64,000 bases of DNA, from positions 35,838,001 to 35,902,000 of the forward strand of contig CM052816.1 in the NCBI GenBank assembly GCA_028534125.1. The letters run 5' to 3'. The notes below the pieces were generated by a model. It saw only the letters and a program-made list of their open reading frames with translations, was not told where the DNA came from and did not search any database. The position numbers and the translations under genes were made by a program. Numbering within the stretch: position 1 is the stretch's first letter; each line of letters starts with the position of its first letter. Of this stretch, positions 1-13,315 are shown piece by piece. Origin of the DNA: Lama glama (Eukaryota).

Positions 1-544
1 ATCATTTGCCAAAATGGTGTCTATGATTAATTATGTACATTTATCATTGAGTCGACTGGGGTACATTATAAAATCCTTTCCCTAAGCTCATGCATCTTTC
101 CTCTCTTCTTATTTCTTAACAACGTAAGTTATTTAGTAATTCAAAACTTGTTGTTATTCCTTAAGGCATAATTCACCTGCACAGAAACCCGCAACTCATT
201 TGCCCTCTGGCTCTGAAGTGTTGCTTTTTGACTTGTGATGTCAAGGAATAAGGATGATGACATTTAAAATCTCCTCTTTTGTATCATGTTGCTTCTAAAA
301 CTGAAATCCTAGGGAAAGGATCATTTATTGATATGCAAGTTATCTCCATTATTATCTCCTCAGACCCAGACTGTACACTGTTGGGTGTCAATGTCAAATG
401 GTAACAAGGAAAGGAAAAAGTTAATTAAAAATGTAAAAGTATATAATGATCCTGAAATCTTGCTATGTAGAATTTACCTGATGTGAATTTAATGTAATTA
501 ATGATAGTGGCAACTCTCCAAGAGCAGACTTTGTCTTTAACATA

Positions 545-1220
545 AGGCCTCCTGATGGTCTCCCAGCTTCTCTGCTCTGCCCTGAATTCGCAGAATATCC
601 AGACTGATCCTCAGACATTGAAGTCTGACCCTCAGCTGTGAACCCTCTACTCTGTTTCCATCTCACTCAAAGTGAAAGTCACAGTGGTATGCAATCTTTA
701 CAAAGGCCTGTAATGCTTGAAAGATCTGGCCCCTACTATCTCCTAGGACCAGAGTGAGGTCTGGTCCCTTCACTCATTCTCCTCAGCCAGAGTAGCTTCT
801 TGCTGTTCCCCCAATACTCTGGGTACTCTTCCCACTCAGAGCATCTGTGCTTGCTGTTCCCTCTCCTGGAATGCTGTTCCCTATATTCATGTATCTGCTT
901 TCTTACCTCTGTAAGCTATTTCCTCAGATGTCTCCTTGCCAGCAAGGTGCTCCCTCACCTCTCTAAGATTGCCATCATCTCCCCAGCCAGAGATTGCCCG
1001 TCCTCAGTCCCTGCATTAACTTTGTCCTTGGCATGTATCACACTTCAGTGTACCATGTATTTTACCTGTTAATCTTGTTTATTAATTTATCCCTCCACTA
1101 GAAAGTAGGCTCCATAGGGCAGGGATTTTAATCTGTTTGGTTCACTGATGACTTCTCAGCTCTTGAAACAGCACCTGACACATAGTAAATGCTCAATAAG
1201 TGTTTGTTGATTGAATACAT
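545..1220 (+). mobile_element. LINE-2 (L2a-like) 3' end
   Basis: Diagnostic L2 motifs cttgctgttccctctcctggaatgct, ccctccactagaaagtaggctccat...ggcaggga and acagcacctgacacatagtaaatgctcaataagtgtttgttgattgaat. Confidence 0.85.
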
Positions 1221-1589
1221 AATTGTGTTTATTTTTATTTGTTAAATCTGGTGACTCTCTTCCCCAACATAGGCAAGATAGTTGCTGGCAGCTCCAGACC
1301 TATATCCACATAACTCAAAATCCCCAAAGAGAGGCTCTCTCAATCCTGGTTTCATTCACAAATCTGAGGCCCTGAACGGCCTGACTGACCCTGTAATGGT
1401 GATAAAGGGGTAGTAGTGTGGTAGGGTGCTATGTCATGGCAATGGATGGCTTCATCGGGGTCAGAAGGATGAGAGAAGTTCTCTGAAGAAAGGATCACAG
1501 GCAGGCAGGCAGCATTAGTACACTATAAGACCCAACAATTTTATGGTAAATTGTTTTCTTAATTGTCTGTCATTGCATCAACCGTGTGT

Positions 1590-1705
1590 CTAATATAAAC
1601 CCTGTGAGAGCAGGGACCAGCTCTGTCCTGCTGCCACCAAATCCTCCAAGCATAGCACATATTACGTGCTCAATAAACTTTGAATGAATGAAAAATAAAT
1701 GAATC
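1590..1705 (+). mobile_element. LINE-2 3' terminal fragment
   Basis: gagcagggacc...gtgctcaataaactttgaatgaatgaa terminus. Confidence 0.7.
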
Positions 1706-2220
1706 CAAGCTACATGGGATGATTAAGTTTGTTTGGTGGCCTCAGAACGAAGGAGGACATGATGTGAGTTAAATGTTAACAATACTGTGCTGAGACCCCT
1801 GAGTTGAGCTGTTTACAATCTGGATTGACCTGCCCCCCTGACCTGCACTCTTTCCCTTGGGTTACTCCTTGGGAATTAGGACTATGAACTTGCCTCAGTT
1901 CATCTTGTTTGCTCCATTTTTGACTGGCTCCTTTTGAGGTTGCCGCCTTCCTTCTTTAGAAACGAGAGATCCTCTATTAACTCTGGCTCTAGGTCACAAG
2001 TACTTCCTTAAGGCTGGCTTTGTACATCTCTGCTGGGGTTCATTGTGCAGGACTTCTCTGCTTACACCTTTTGAGGGAAATCCTTCATCTCCAAGTCTTT
2101 GTGAGCCACTTAACTGTCCCTCCCTGTTAACCTACTCCCTTTTGTGTAAGCCCGAGGTCTGGTTCCTCATGGAAAACACAGGGGGAAACACAGTGTAAAG
2201 TACTAGGACACTGTTTCCCA

Positions 2221-2830
2221 TCACTCACTGAGTACATGTTAACGGAGAGTCTGCTGTGCTCTGTGTGCAGTGCTAAGCTCTGGAGAGGTGATGGTGAGCA
2301 GTTGGACCAGAAGGGGAAGTAGATGAAATGTTTCACAATATACAGTTTCAGTCAGTGGACAAGCTGTATGAAGGAGAGGAGCTCAGTTGCCTGTGGTTAT
2401 TTAGGGGAGTCCTGCTCTATACTGTGGAGTCAGAAGAGATTTCCCTCGAGAAAATGGCATCTGCGCTGAGACTTGAAGGTTGAATACAAGTCTAACAGGT
2501 GGGAGCCTACATGTTTCAGGCAGCATCCCAGGCAAAGATGGGAGACAGGGGTGCATGGCTTCTCGAGGACATGAGAGAAAGCCAGAGTGGCTGCGGTTAG
2601 TGTGGGGAGGATTCTGTAAGATGAGGTCAGAGAAGAAGGCAAGGATCAGCTCATGCAGTGCTTGGTCACTGTGTTGAGACTTTTCTCTTGATCTTGCGAG
2701 ATATGGGAAGCCGTGAAGTGATGGAGTGTGATGCCAGGCTTTCCCCTCGAATAGATGGCTCTGGCAGCAGAATGGAGTCAATATTGGATGGAGGTAAGAG
2801 TGAGTGGCTGAGACTGCTTAGGAGGCAGCT
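2221..2830 (-). mobile_element. LINE-2 fragment
   Basis: Reverse-orientation L2 motifs (tctgcgctgagacttgaagg, gccagagtggctgcgg, gatgaggtcagaga, atgggaagccgtgaag). Confidence 0.7.
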
Positions 2831-4242
2831 TGATATAGGAAGGAGAAGATGAGAAATGAATTTTTACATCCCTTGGCAGAATACTGAGTCCTCTGCTTTA
2901 TCAAGTCTGTCATCCAGAAGTTCTCATTTGGGAACTGATGGGGGTCTTTATCCTGACCTTGGCCCGCTAGAGAGAAGTACTGTCAGGAAGGGTTGTCTGG
3001 GTCTGTTGAATGAGTAGGTGCACTTTTCAGCCTTGCTGGTTTTGAGGTATTATCGTACAGTCATGTGGAAATGTAAATGAGAAGGCGGGGGATGTGGGTC
3101 TGATGACAAAGTATTGAATCCTAGAGCCTGGGAAACATCCACCAAGAAAGTATCACTGGAGCTGTGAATACGAATGTGGTTGTTAAAGATCATGTTAGTA
3201 AAGAAAGGAAAAAGGGCCAAAGAAAAACACTCATATTTAAAGGATGGACATTCATTCCACAAATACATATTAAGTATTCACTATGTGCTGGCATTGGACT
3301 GTAACTCAGAGTCAAGCAGGCAGAAGAAACTAATTGGAGTTAAAGCAGAGAACTCCAAAAAATGTAGAGGAATGAACATCAGAGGATAAGAAAGTCTGAG
3401 GAAGAAGGGTGGCCCATGGTTCAGTTATTGCCGAGGAAGAAAGTGAGATGAATACTGACAGGAGAACTTTGAGTGTGTGTCCACCTTGGATGGCACACAT
3501 AAGAAACTTGAGCTAGTAAGCAGACTAAGGGAGACTGCACAGAAGTCTTGACAAAAACCTTCTCCCATTCTAGAACTTTTAATTATAGGAACATAAGTCT
3601 TGATATGTAAAATTTCACTCTTGATCTCGCTTCCATGAAGCACATCTGTTCCGTCTATGGAAAGAGAGTGGTATATCCCCATCCTGCCACAGCTGTCAGC
3701 CAAGAGCAGAGATGTTGTAATTTGAGGTTGACAGCAAGATGACCCTTATGGGGTCACTACAGTTTCTGTCTTGTGGCAGATCCTCCTGTGACATACGGAG
3801 GTGCCATGATGTTAAATCAATGTAGCGAGTGATGTGGAGGTTTGAGATGAAGCTAAACATAGCTTCCTTTGATTTTACCTTTTCATTTTTTTTTTCTGGT
3901 GGGGCACCGCATTAGAAGAAGAATCACTTCTGGATAAATCATCTTTTCAGGTTTGCTGTTGTAACCAAATGACATTATCCTAAGAGGATCAGAAGGGCCT
4001 GAATATTAATTGTGCTCATTTAGGGTTCCATGTAAAGTTCTTATTGAAGAAAGGAGACTCCCTATGAAATTTACAAAGTAGTAGAAACAAACATTCCTGT
4101 TAGAAATGTTCAGAAAGTCATGTTGCCAGTTACAGATTTAGCACCAAGTAACTTAGCCATGGAAGTCAGAGTTGTGAAAGAATAACATTTATTTGAGCTG
4201 AAAAATATCCAAAGTTTTATTTCTAATAATTTAAGAAATAGA

Positions 4243-4709
4243 TGTATCTGTTATTGCTGTATAACAAAGCACCCCCAAATTTAGTGGCTTAAAACAAGAA
4301 CTATTTATTGAGGACAGGATTTCTTGGGTGGGCAGTTGAGGCTGGGCTCAGCTGTGAAGCTCTTCTGGTTTTGGCTGGAAATTTCTCATGTGTCTGTCAG
4401 CAGCTGCCAGCCAGCTAGTTAGCTCTGCACCTGGGGACTGGCTGGGACAATGTGGGTGAATGCACTACATGTCTCTCATCAACCCGAAAACTAGCTTCAG
4501 CTTGTCCACATGGCATTGGGCTGGGTTCATAGAGAAAGAGTGGGAGCTTACATGCCTTTTGAGGTGTGGCTCAGAATGGGTGCAACATTCAGCCAAAGAT
4601 CAGCTCAGATTCAAGGGTTGAAAAATACTTTCTCTATTGATGCCAGGGGCTACCTGCAAACTTAAAGTGGAAGGGAGAAAGAATTTTAGCCATTTTGATA
4701 TCTACCACA
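4243..4709. mobile_element. MaLR solo LTR (MLT1-type)
   Basis: TG...CA bounded ~465 bp element starting tgtatctgttattgctgtataacaaagcacccccaaatttagtggcttaaaacaa, containing gctgggctcagctg and ending gccattttg...ctaccaca. Confidence 0.8.
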
Positions 4710-7700
4710 GATTATGCATCATTTTTACGCTATCTAATTCACATACTGGTAGATAAAATGTATGATATTTGAACTATACTTTTAGAAGGGGAAATCTTTT
4801 AAATTTTAGCTTTGATGGCGGTTTCAAACTGGGCCCTCCTTCAAAGCAACCAGTTAGGATGAAATTTTATTAACAATATTTTTGACTTCATTTTTTGCTT
4901 CTTTAACTTTAAAGAAAATCCTCATGTTTTCAGTGGTTGTCAGCCTCAGACTGTGATATAACCAATCACAGGCAAAGCAGGACTTCATAGTGGCAAGGAA
5001 CACTACCTAGCTACTGGCCTGGAAATCTTGTATAAAGATTTCAGAGTTGCCATTGGGGGAAAAAGGGGGCATTTATTTGACAAATGGTACTATTTCTATT
5101 TTTGTCTGCCCAATTTTAAATTCCCTGTTATTAAAATGGCAAATTCAGGCACCAGAATAAATTGAAGAAATGAAATATGTAACTGGAAGATACACACTTC
5201 ACCACTTCACTTTGTAATATGTAGACATCTTATGGATGCAAGGACATTTCATGGAAAGGGAGTTTTAAAATGACTTTGTATGTGTATAGAGAAAATAAAA
5301 CTTTCTGATGTCTTGGCTCAAACTGAATAGGATCTCACTTAATAACCCATATAGTACTTTAAGATGATTTATTATTATGCTAATATTGTAATGTAATATT
5401 TATTAAGCATTGGAAGTGTGCAGAATACTAGATAGTCCACATAAAAGATCCTGATGGTTTCAAGGAAAAGGGCTAAGAAAGGCATTCTCCTAATCCCCAG
5501 GAAAGGAGGGTAATTCAGAATCTAGCTGAACTAATAAATCCTATTTAATTTAGTACGTATCATATGCCCCCCAAAAAGGTAGACTAATGGAAATAGAGAG
5601 TGATATTCTCTGATTAAAAGGTAGTCATTTTAACAGCACATTTACCTCCCTGACGAGTTTAGAAAGAGTCAGTTTGGTAAAATATTTCTCATTTTAAAAG
5701 TTTTGGCCAATAATCCTCTGCATTAGTATCTGATGTTCTAAAATCATAACTTACAGCGGTTTCTATAGAGACCAGCTTCATAACTATTATCCCAAACTAC
5801 AAAATGAAATGCCTTTAAAAAATTATACCCTAACTATAACTTTATGGCATCACAATAAAATTTACAATGTTGGCATAAGGTATTTGAAAGTCTCAGACTA
5901 GAGTTATAAATCTGCAGTAAGAGGATAATTTTCCTAAAAAATTAATAGTATACTTTAAAAGAAGATCTCTACTGTGGCCAAGAGAAATGAAAAAAAAAAA
6001 CTGAGCCAATTATTTAGATGACTACAAAACAAAATCCGTACTTCAAAATACCAGGATCCAAATTCTCCAAAAGGAGCCTTTTATGAGGGGGAAAAAAAAA
6101 GGACATAATTTGAGGAAAGAGTTTCTTAGTTTGCCATAATTCTACCTTGTTTAGCCAGTTAAGATCTGGGAAGAAAAAGTAAAGCCAATGCTAAAAAGGG
6201 ACTTAGAAATAGCATTTCCTATTTCATGAAACAGTGCTCACTGACTTAAGGGTTGTATCCTCAACTCATCTTTAAGTAGAATTGTCACAGAGGTTGATGA
6301 AAATCTTGGGCTAAAATTGATGAAAAATAAGTTCTCTGTATGTGCGTTCATAAATATGCTATACATGTATATATGAGTATATATATAATGTTATCAATTT
6401 GATTAAAGAAAGATGTTCTAGCTTTTGGGGGGGTCTCTAAGCAAGGAAAATAATACAAAAATGCACCCTTACATGTTTTGTGGGTAATGGTAGGTGGAGC
6501 TGGTAGGAGAAAAGTATCCTGATTATTAGTTTGTGTATATACATGGGAAAAGCACAGATTGATTAACTTTCTCTCTGAAAAGGCTACTTACCATTCCTTT
6601 TATTTAAACAAAGGTGTGCTGTAGATACCTATGTTGCCATTGTACTAAAACATAAATACAAACTCTTATTTATTTGTAATATGCATTCATGGTAATGCGT
6701 ATTCTTTTAAGCAAGGAATGTAGTGTTATTTAATAATTCACAAAGAACATTTTAGAATAGTATTCTTCATGCTGGTAGATCGATTAGAATTTTTAAATCC
6801 AGATATATTTTATTTGGTGATTTTTATTTACAATTTGAAGAGGGGATTTTATTACAGAGCAGTAAAAGTAAATAACATGTTCGAATAGTATAATACGACA
6901 TGCACATCTCTTATGGGAATAGTATCACCTACCAATTACAGCTTTATGGTAAAATACTGGTGACAGAGCTCTGCAGTATATACACTGAATCCTCTGAAAA
7001 GTGATGTAGAAATTGGTTGAATCAACCAGTTCTTGTTTGCTTCTTTTAAAATTACATGTAAGCACATACGCATTTGTAATACACAGAAACGTAACACATA
7101 TGTGCCTAATTACATGGTTTAGTTTATCAAAATGACTGCTCAAAATTCTATATGTTTAAAAAGTTTACTATGTAGGTCTTTTTGAAATTATGTCTTGAAA
7201 TGAGCAAAACAACACAAAGATGGGTAGTTCATAAATAAGAAATTCTAAAAATGCCTCTTTAAGAGGATTTCAGCAACTTGTAAAAGTGCTTCTACTTATT
7301 CACAGACATCAAGAGAAGGAATGCTGTGAAACAAACTCCAGGAAGCACAAGAAAACGAAAGGGAGAATGTGGAAAAGTGAAACATTGATGGTGGAAGTTC
7401 AAGGTCACATGCTGAAGGCAGAAATGGGATACTGTATTTAGTAGAGGGTTCTCCTCCCATCCCCTGCCTTTCTAGGCTGCAGCCAGGAGAGACAACTAGA
7501 TCAGAAATAGAAAAGGAACATGTTCTAAGGTCGGTAAGGAGAAAAAAGCTAGCAAAGAGTTAATTCTAAAGATTCTGAGAAAGCTGTTGTAAAAGGGGGT
7601 GAAGAGAGGGAGACAGTTCCACTAAGTAACTTCAGTCTCTGGGCAGCACAGCTGGGTGACAGTTTGGTGATAGAACCTGGGTTCTTAGGGCTTTGGAATG

Positions 7701-8255
7701 AATCATAAAGTTCTAGGAAGATAGATTATCAGGGTTGTCTTAAATACCATTATGTTAGTCACCTGTTGTAAAGTTTTTTTTTTTGTCTAATTATTATTTC
7801 TTTAGTCTTTGCTTCTGAGTTTATTTCCTTTATTATCTCTTCTGTGTATCAGTTCTAATTTAACTGCTGTATTAAACAAGAGGTGCTTAGACCATGGACT
7901 GGGGGGTTTGATTCAACAGCTTATTCCCTTTATTTGTCTGGACACTTGATTCAGTAGATTTCCACTTCTATCTGGTGGCAACTAAAGCAAAAAGGAAGTC
8001 CAAACTAGTCTAAAATTGAAGATGAATCTACATTTAAAAGTAAGCTTTGCCCTGCACATTTTGGAAATGGCCATGTGAAAATTATTTTCAAAGTGTCATT
8101 TTCTTTTAATAGAGGATTATGAAATTCACTTCTCTGAAATATCAACATTCCTGCCTTGATGGTTACCTGGAACATTTCTAGAGACAAATAAGTACAGAAC
8201 TTACTTTTTTGCCTGAAATATTGAAGTAGTTAAGGTAAAAATAGGTTATCCAGAT

Positions 8256-8425
8256 CAGTGATTCTCAGTACTCTGTGCGGATTAGAATTTCCTGAGAAGC
8301 TTTTAAAAAATTACAAATAGCAGGTCCCCGCCCCTAACCAATTAAAACAGGGAGTGGGGTGCTGGCATTGTTCTTTTGTAAAAAAACCTCCCTAGGTGAT
8401 TCTAATTCCAAGGTTAGAACACCCA
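8256..8425. mobile_element. hAT-Charlie MITE (MER5-type)
   Basis: cagtgattctca...ttagaat...gcttttaaaa...ctccctaggtgattctaat...ggttagaac. Confidence 0.72.
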
Positions 8426-11400
8426 TCTAGATTATTCCAGGCGAAAAAATAATAAACAAAGAACTACTGTATTTTAATCTGAAGCATTGCTTCAGTGTCA
8501 TTTATTTTAAAACCACCAGTACACTCAGTCACCTGTAGTTTTATATCCAAACATATTGAGAATATAGCTAAGCCTTTCTGCAGTCCATTCCCAACCAACT
8601 GTGCAGGTCTCTTAGCTCCCTACAACCCTGTTTCAATCTTGAACTCAAAGCATTCAGACACTCCTGGCACTTTTCTTCCTCCATGTTTTAGCTTCTTGCT
8701 GTTTTCTTTCTAACATAACTGAACTTTGTTCTATACTTGGCATAATGCTATTTATCCTTTAAAGGCCAGCTTCAAAGTCATTGCCTCTGAGACAGCAGGC
8801 TAATCATAATTACTTTATATAATGCTGATTTGTATAAATTCAAATCACTTGAATATTTTCTTGAAGAGACGAAGTCACATTATGTAGCAATAAGTATACA
8901 GTTAATAATACCTCTCTCAAACTTTAAGTATCTGTCATATTGCTGCTTAGTTACTCCAATATCAATAATTACTTAGGTATATAATCTCAGAAGGCATTTG
9001 ATTGAAGTTTATGAATTATTTCCCATAGACATTTGAATTATGTCCTGAAAATTCCAGTGCCTTTTATTCCAACCCCTTGAATCATTTTAGGGAAAACCAT
9101 AATGTATGATTCTTTTTCTGCTGAAAATAGTACTATCCAGACTTTAAACAAAGCCCTAATATTTAAAATATTAGAACATTCATATTCTTTTGATATGTTG
9201 ATTTTTCACATTTGCTTATAGTATGTGTTTCAAATAGGAAATAAGGGGATATAATTTCTTTTTCTTTACTCCTTTTAGCTTTGATGCCACAGGAAGTCAG
9301 CTTGCTAACTCCCTGATACCTGATATTTCCCTGACAAAAAAGACTCTGATGAGAATCAGCATTTTCCCCAAGATAGGAGTTGTGTATTCTCATCTTCCTA
9401 AAGATACATATGTCCCTTAAAAGCATCCAGAATATTTCCTGCAAAGCTTCCTCAGTCATAGGAGCACTTCTTAGAGCTGCTATCAGAAAAGCTGAGGGAA
9501 GAAAAGCACCATTCCTGCAACTGAAAAAACAAATGCAGCCTAAAATAGGCCAAGCACTTGAACATCAGCAAGATTGAGGGGGTAGGAAAGAACATTTTAA
9601 ATAAAAAATTGATTAAAAAATTAAAGCTTATCCTTCTGTTCTCTAGCTTAAGTTTTCTGACTTCTTTCTCACTGCTGGAATGTTGTGAAATATACAGATG
9701 GTAGAGGAGAATTTGTGTTAATACTTTGTATTTCTTAATTTAGGAAGGTGGTTGGTTGGTTAGGGTGGTCTGCAGCACAATCTGTAATTACACAGATTGC
9801 AATTTTTATCTAGTCACAAAAGAAGAGTTACTTTTTGGGGACAATATCAGGATCTCTTCAGATAGGAAAAGTTTCTGTAATTGAGAAACTACTCAACTTT
9901 TACGCAAGAGCCCATAACATCCAGGTAATTCCATGCCTATGTGGCCTGTTCGTTTCCCCCAGGTCTGTACTGATCATGACCCCAGATTCTCCATCAAACT
10001 CAATCCCTGCCGAGCTACAGGCAATAGCCCCGCTGGGTGCGGACTGCAGGCCCACCACTGGAGGGCGTCTGGATGCTTTCAAACAGCTTCGAAGCGCCTG
10101 GAAATGTAGAACTCGAGGACTGGGAAGTGCAGGAGGAAGAACGTGATATTTGATTTTATTGGGCTAATAAGTACAGGAGAGAACAGACAGGTTTGGGAGC
10201 CAAACTAAGCTGCTTGCTTTCTTGGGATCAGCCCTTCTTGCTGAGCCAAGCAGACTCCCTAGAGAGCAAGAGAGCTAATCATACCACGTAGGCCCGAGCC
10301 CGTGGAGCCCCGCGAGGGCGAGTCTCGAGGGTTTGCAGCCCCGCAGCGCCGGGCGCCTGGCTAGCTTCCCGTGCTCCGGAGGACACCGTGACGCGTCCCG
10401 AGGCGCGGGGACCGCCTCATTATCAGGCAGTCGCGCTTCGGTGGCGGCCGGGCTGAGGTGCTGCAACCTGCTCCAGAAGTCCGGGAACGCAAGGCCTTTT
10501 CCGATAATAAAGGAGCTCCTTCCCTGACCCCCATTTCTTGACGCATCGGGTTCGCTCAAAGCGTTTATCCTTTGGGGAGGGGGCAGCGAACCAACCTCGG
10601 AGTTGAAATAGAAAAGGTTAAAGGGGTTCCTAGTGGGCTCCTCTGCCGCAATTCATTTCCTCCCGGTCAAAGGTTCGCACTGAATTGTAATCACTTTACA
10701 CTGTGGTTTTTCTCTATTAAAAAACAGAAGTGTTTTCAGAGCATCACTTTGAAGTCTTGCTTCCTGCTCGTGAGCCTTTAAATCCCTGGTAGGAAGAGGG
10801 GAGTTGAAAGGCACATGAGAGATGCTCAGGTTTCCAGATAACCTGGCGCCAGGCAACGTGCGTTGTGAACAACAGGGCAGAGATTTACAAGAACACGTAT
10901 TCACTGAGGTTCCCTGCCAGCCGGCTGCTGGGACTTTGTGTCACTTGAGGGGCCCAGGAGACAGATTTCGGCTCTCTAGCTACAGGATGGGAACTGGTTT
11001 CTTTATAATTGAAAGACCCTACTCTCAGGTAAAAAGATGTCAAATCATTCCTCAGCTCAGATGGAATTCAGCATCCAAAGGGTTACGCGCGTCTGCTGGG
11101 TTCGGGCGGAGGAGAGGGCGCCTGGGCACTCCCAGTAATTCAATTAGTCAGGTTTCTGGAAGGTGGGGCCGGGGAGTGGGGTAGGAGGCGTGGGGAAGGA
11201 GGAGATTAGGAAAACGCCTCTTTCTCGTGGAGCAGACCAATCCGGTTAGAGTGAAGAGAGAGGAAAAAACCCCGAGCTGTAAGCAAACAGCAGGCCGTTC
11301 CCTGACTGGCTGCTCTAGCTATCCCCCACCCCTCCCAAGTAAACTGCAAGGAGGAGAAAAAAAAAAAAAAAAAAGCAGCCCACATGACCCGGGCCGCGGC

Positions 11401-12992
11401 AGCAGCAGCGCTAGCTAGGCGCGGGCTGGCGGCGCCTCCCCCTCTGGGTCCGGGGCTCACACCCGCGCTCGCGCCCACCGCCTGCCCCGCGCCCTGTGCT
11501 ACACGCCCCCCGCCCCCCCCGCGCCGCCCACGTCCACGTTCACGCGCGCGGCCTCGCGCTCCGGTGCGGCGGCTGCTGCTGCTGGGTCGACGCTGCTGTT
11601 CGCTTTACACGCAGGTCATTAACGAGGGGGCGTGCCCGAGGAGATTTTTTTCCCATAAAGCATTTTTTCCTCTCTTTTTTTTTTTCCTCTTTTGCAAAAC
11701 TGACTTTTACCCCTTTCCACTTCTCTCCAGTCGTTTCAATCCCTCCCGGGCTGCTTGTGCTGCTACAGCCGCACTCAAGTTTATTTTCCCGCCTGGTAAA
11801 GGTTTTGGGATTCTGTTGGTGATTTTCACCTCTTGTTGCTGCTGTGCCCACGGAGGGAAAGAGGAGCAGCTGCGGGAGGATCGGGAAGGTTTTCTGATGT
11901 AGTCATCGGGGAGGTGCTACACGCTTGTGCGCTCGCTCTTTTTTTTTTCTCCTTTCGCATTTCAAACTGATTGATGCATCTCTACAAGTTGCCGGGCTTG
12001 GGGTCGGACCAGTTGGAGTCGCAGGGACTCTTCTAAGAGCTCACCCGGGTCTCTTGGTACGGCGTCTGGGGGTTCAGTCTTGCTCCTGGAAGGCGATCGG
12101 AGACTGACATCAGCCCATCCAGGAGTTGAAGGGATTCATTTGAAAGTGATTGTTTCCCCTCCCGTTCTCCAGTCGAATAGTTGGGTTGGCGTCGTCCTGC
12201 AGGTTTGGGCATCCCAGCTCCTCCTGGCTGGCTGGTTCATAACCTCGGCTCTTCGTTCACTCCAGTGTACTCACTCCCGGCCAAGAAAAGCACGCGCGAG
12301 AAATCCCCGAGACTCCGCCAGCGGCCGGGGTGTCGCCTCCCTCCTCCACCGCCGCCGCCGTCGCAGTCTGAGCCCGCCGGGGGACCTGCCGGAAGACGCG
12401 AAGAGCCAAACTTTTCTTTGAGGTTTCAGAGGCAAGACCGTTCCTCTCCAGCTTAGCTGCCGCTTAACCAGTTCCAGGACGCCGGCGGAGCTGGGTTTGT
12501 GGCAACAGATCCCCACCCTTTTCGGCGCGGCGCGGCGCACCGCCCCGAAGCCGCAGCACCTACGACTCCTCCGAGATTTCCAGGGGTCACCCGGTTAAGG
12601 CACAGAGAAGGCGGGGGAAAGGGGGTCCTCAGACTCTTGGGGCCACAGGCGCGACGCCCCCCATCCACACGGAGCCCTCCTCCTGCAGTTTCCCACTGGC
12701 CGCCAAAGTAACTTGGAGCGAAGCGGGGCGCAGTGAGAGGGCCCTGGGCAGCGGCGAAACCGTGAGCAGCCCGCGGCGCCGACGCTGAGCCGGGCCCGGC
12801 GGGCCGGTGTATGTCTCCCTTCGGCCGTGGTGCGCAACTCCCGGTGACTGTGCAGCGTGCGCCGCCGCCCGCTCCGACCCGCGCTGCCGCCGCCCGGCCC
12901 GGAGCGCACCTCCTTCTCCCGGGGTAACCGGCCTGCCGCCGCCGCCCGAGACACAGCTTGGCACCCCCTTCCCCCGCCCTCGCCGCCGCCAC

Positions 12993-13012
12993 CACACACA
13001 CACACACACACA
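12993..13012 (+). repeat. (CA)10 microsatellite in the promoter/leader
   Basis: Direct reading. Confidence 0.95.
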
Positions 13013-13017
13013 CGCAC

Positions 13018-13315
13018 GCTTCTCTCCATCTTGTGATTCCTTTTTTTCCTTCTGAACCTTCCAGTGGGGGTGCGAGTTTGTCTTTATTCCACCCCCCAAC
13101 TCCTTCCACCGCCTTTTCTTCTCCCTTTCCTCCCCCTCCCCGGCTTGGTGCGCGCCTCTTTATTTTCTCGCCTCTCTGCATTTTTATTTATTCATATTTA
13201 TTTGGCTCTTGCTCTCTCAATCTCTCTTCCCTTCCCTCCCACCTTCCCTCCCTCCGTATCTCTGCTCTCTCTCCCCGGAGTGGCGCGTCGGGGGCTCCGC
13301 CGCTGGCCAAGCGTG
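13018..13315 (+). other. EFNA5: EFNA5 5' UTR (proximal part; the true TSS may be further upstream)
   Basis: Pyrimidine-rich, ATG-free leader contiguous with the start codon. It resembles the human EFNA5 mRNA leader as recalled and contains an AU-rich patch at 13181-13203. The 5' boundary cannot be determined from sequence alone. Confidence 0.7.
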
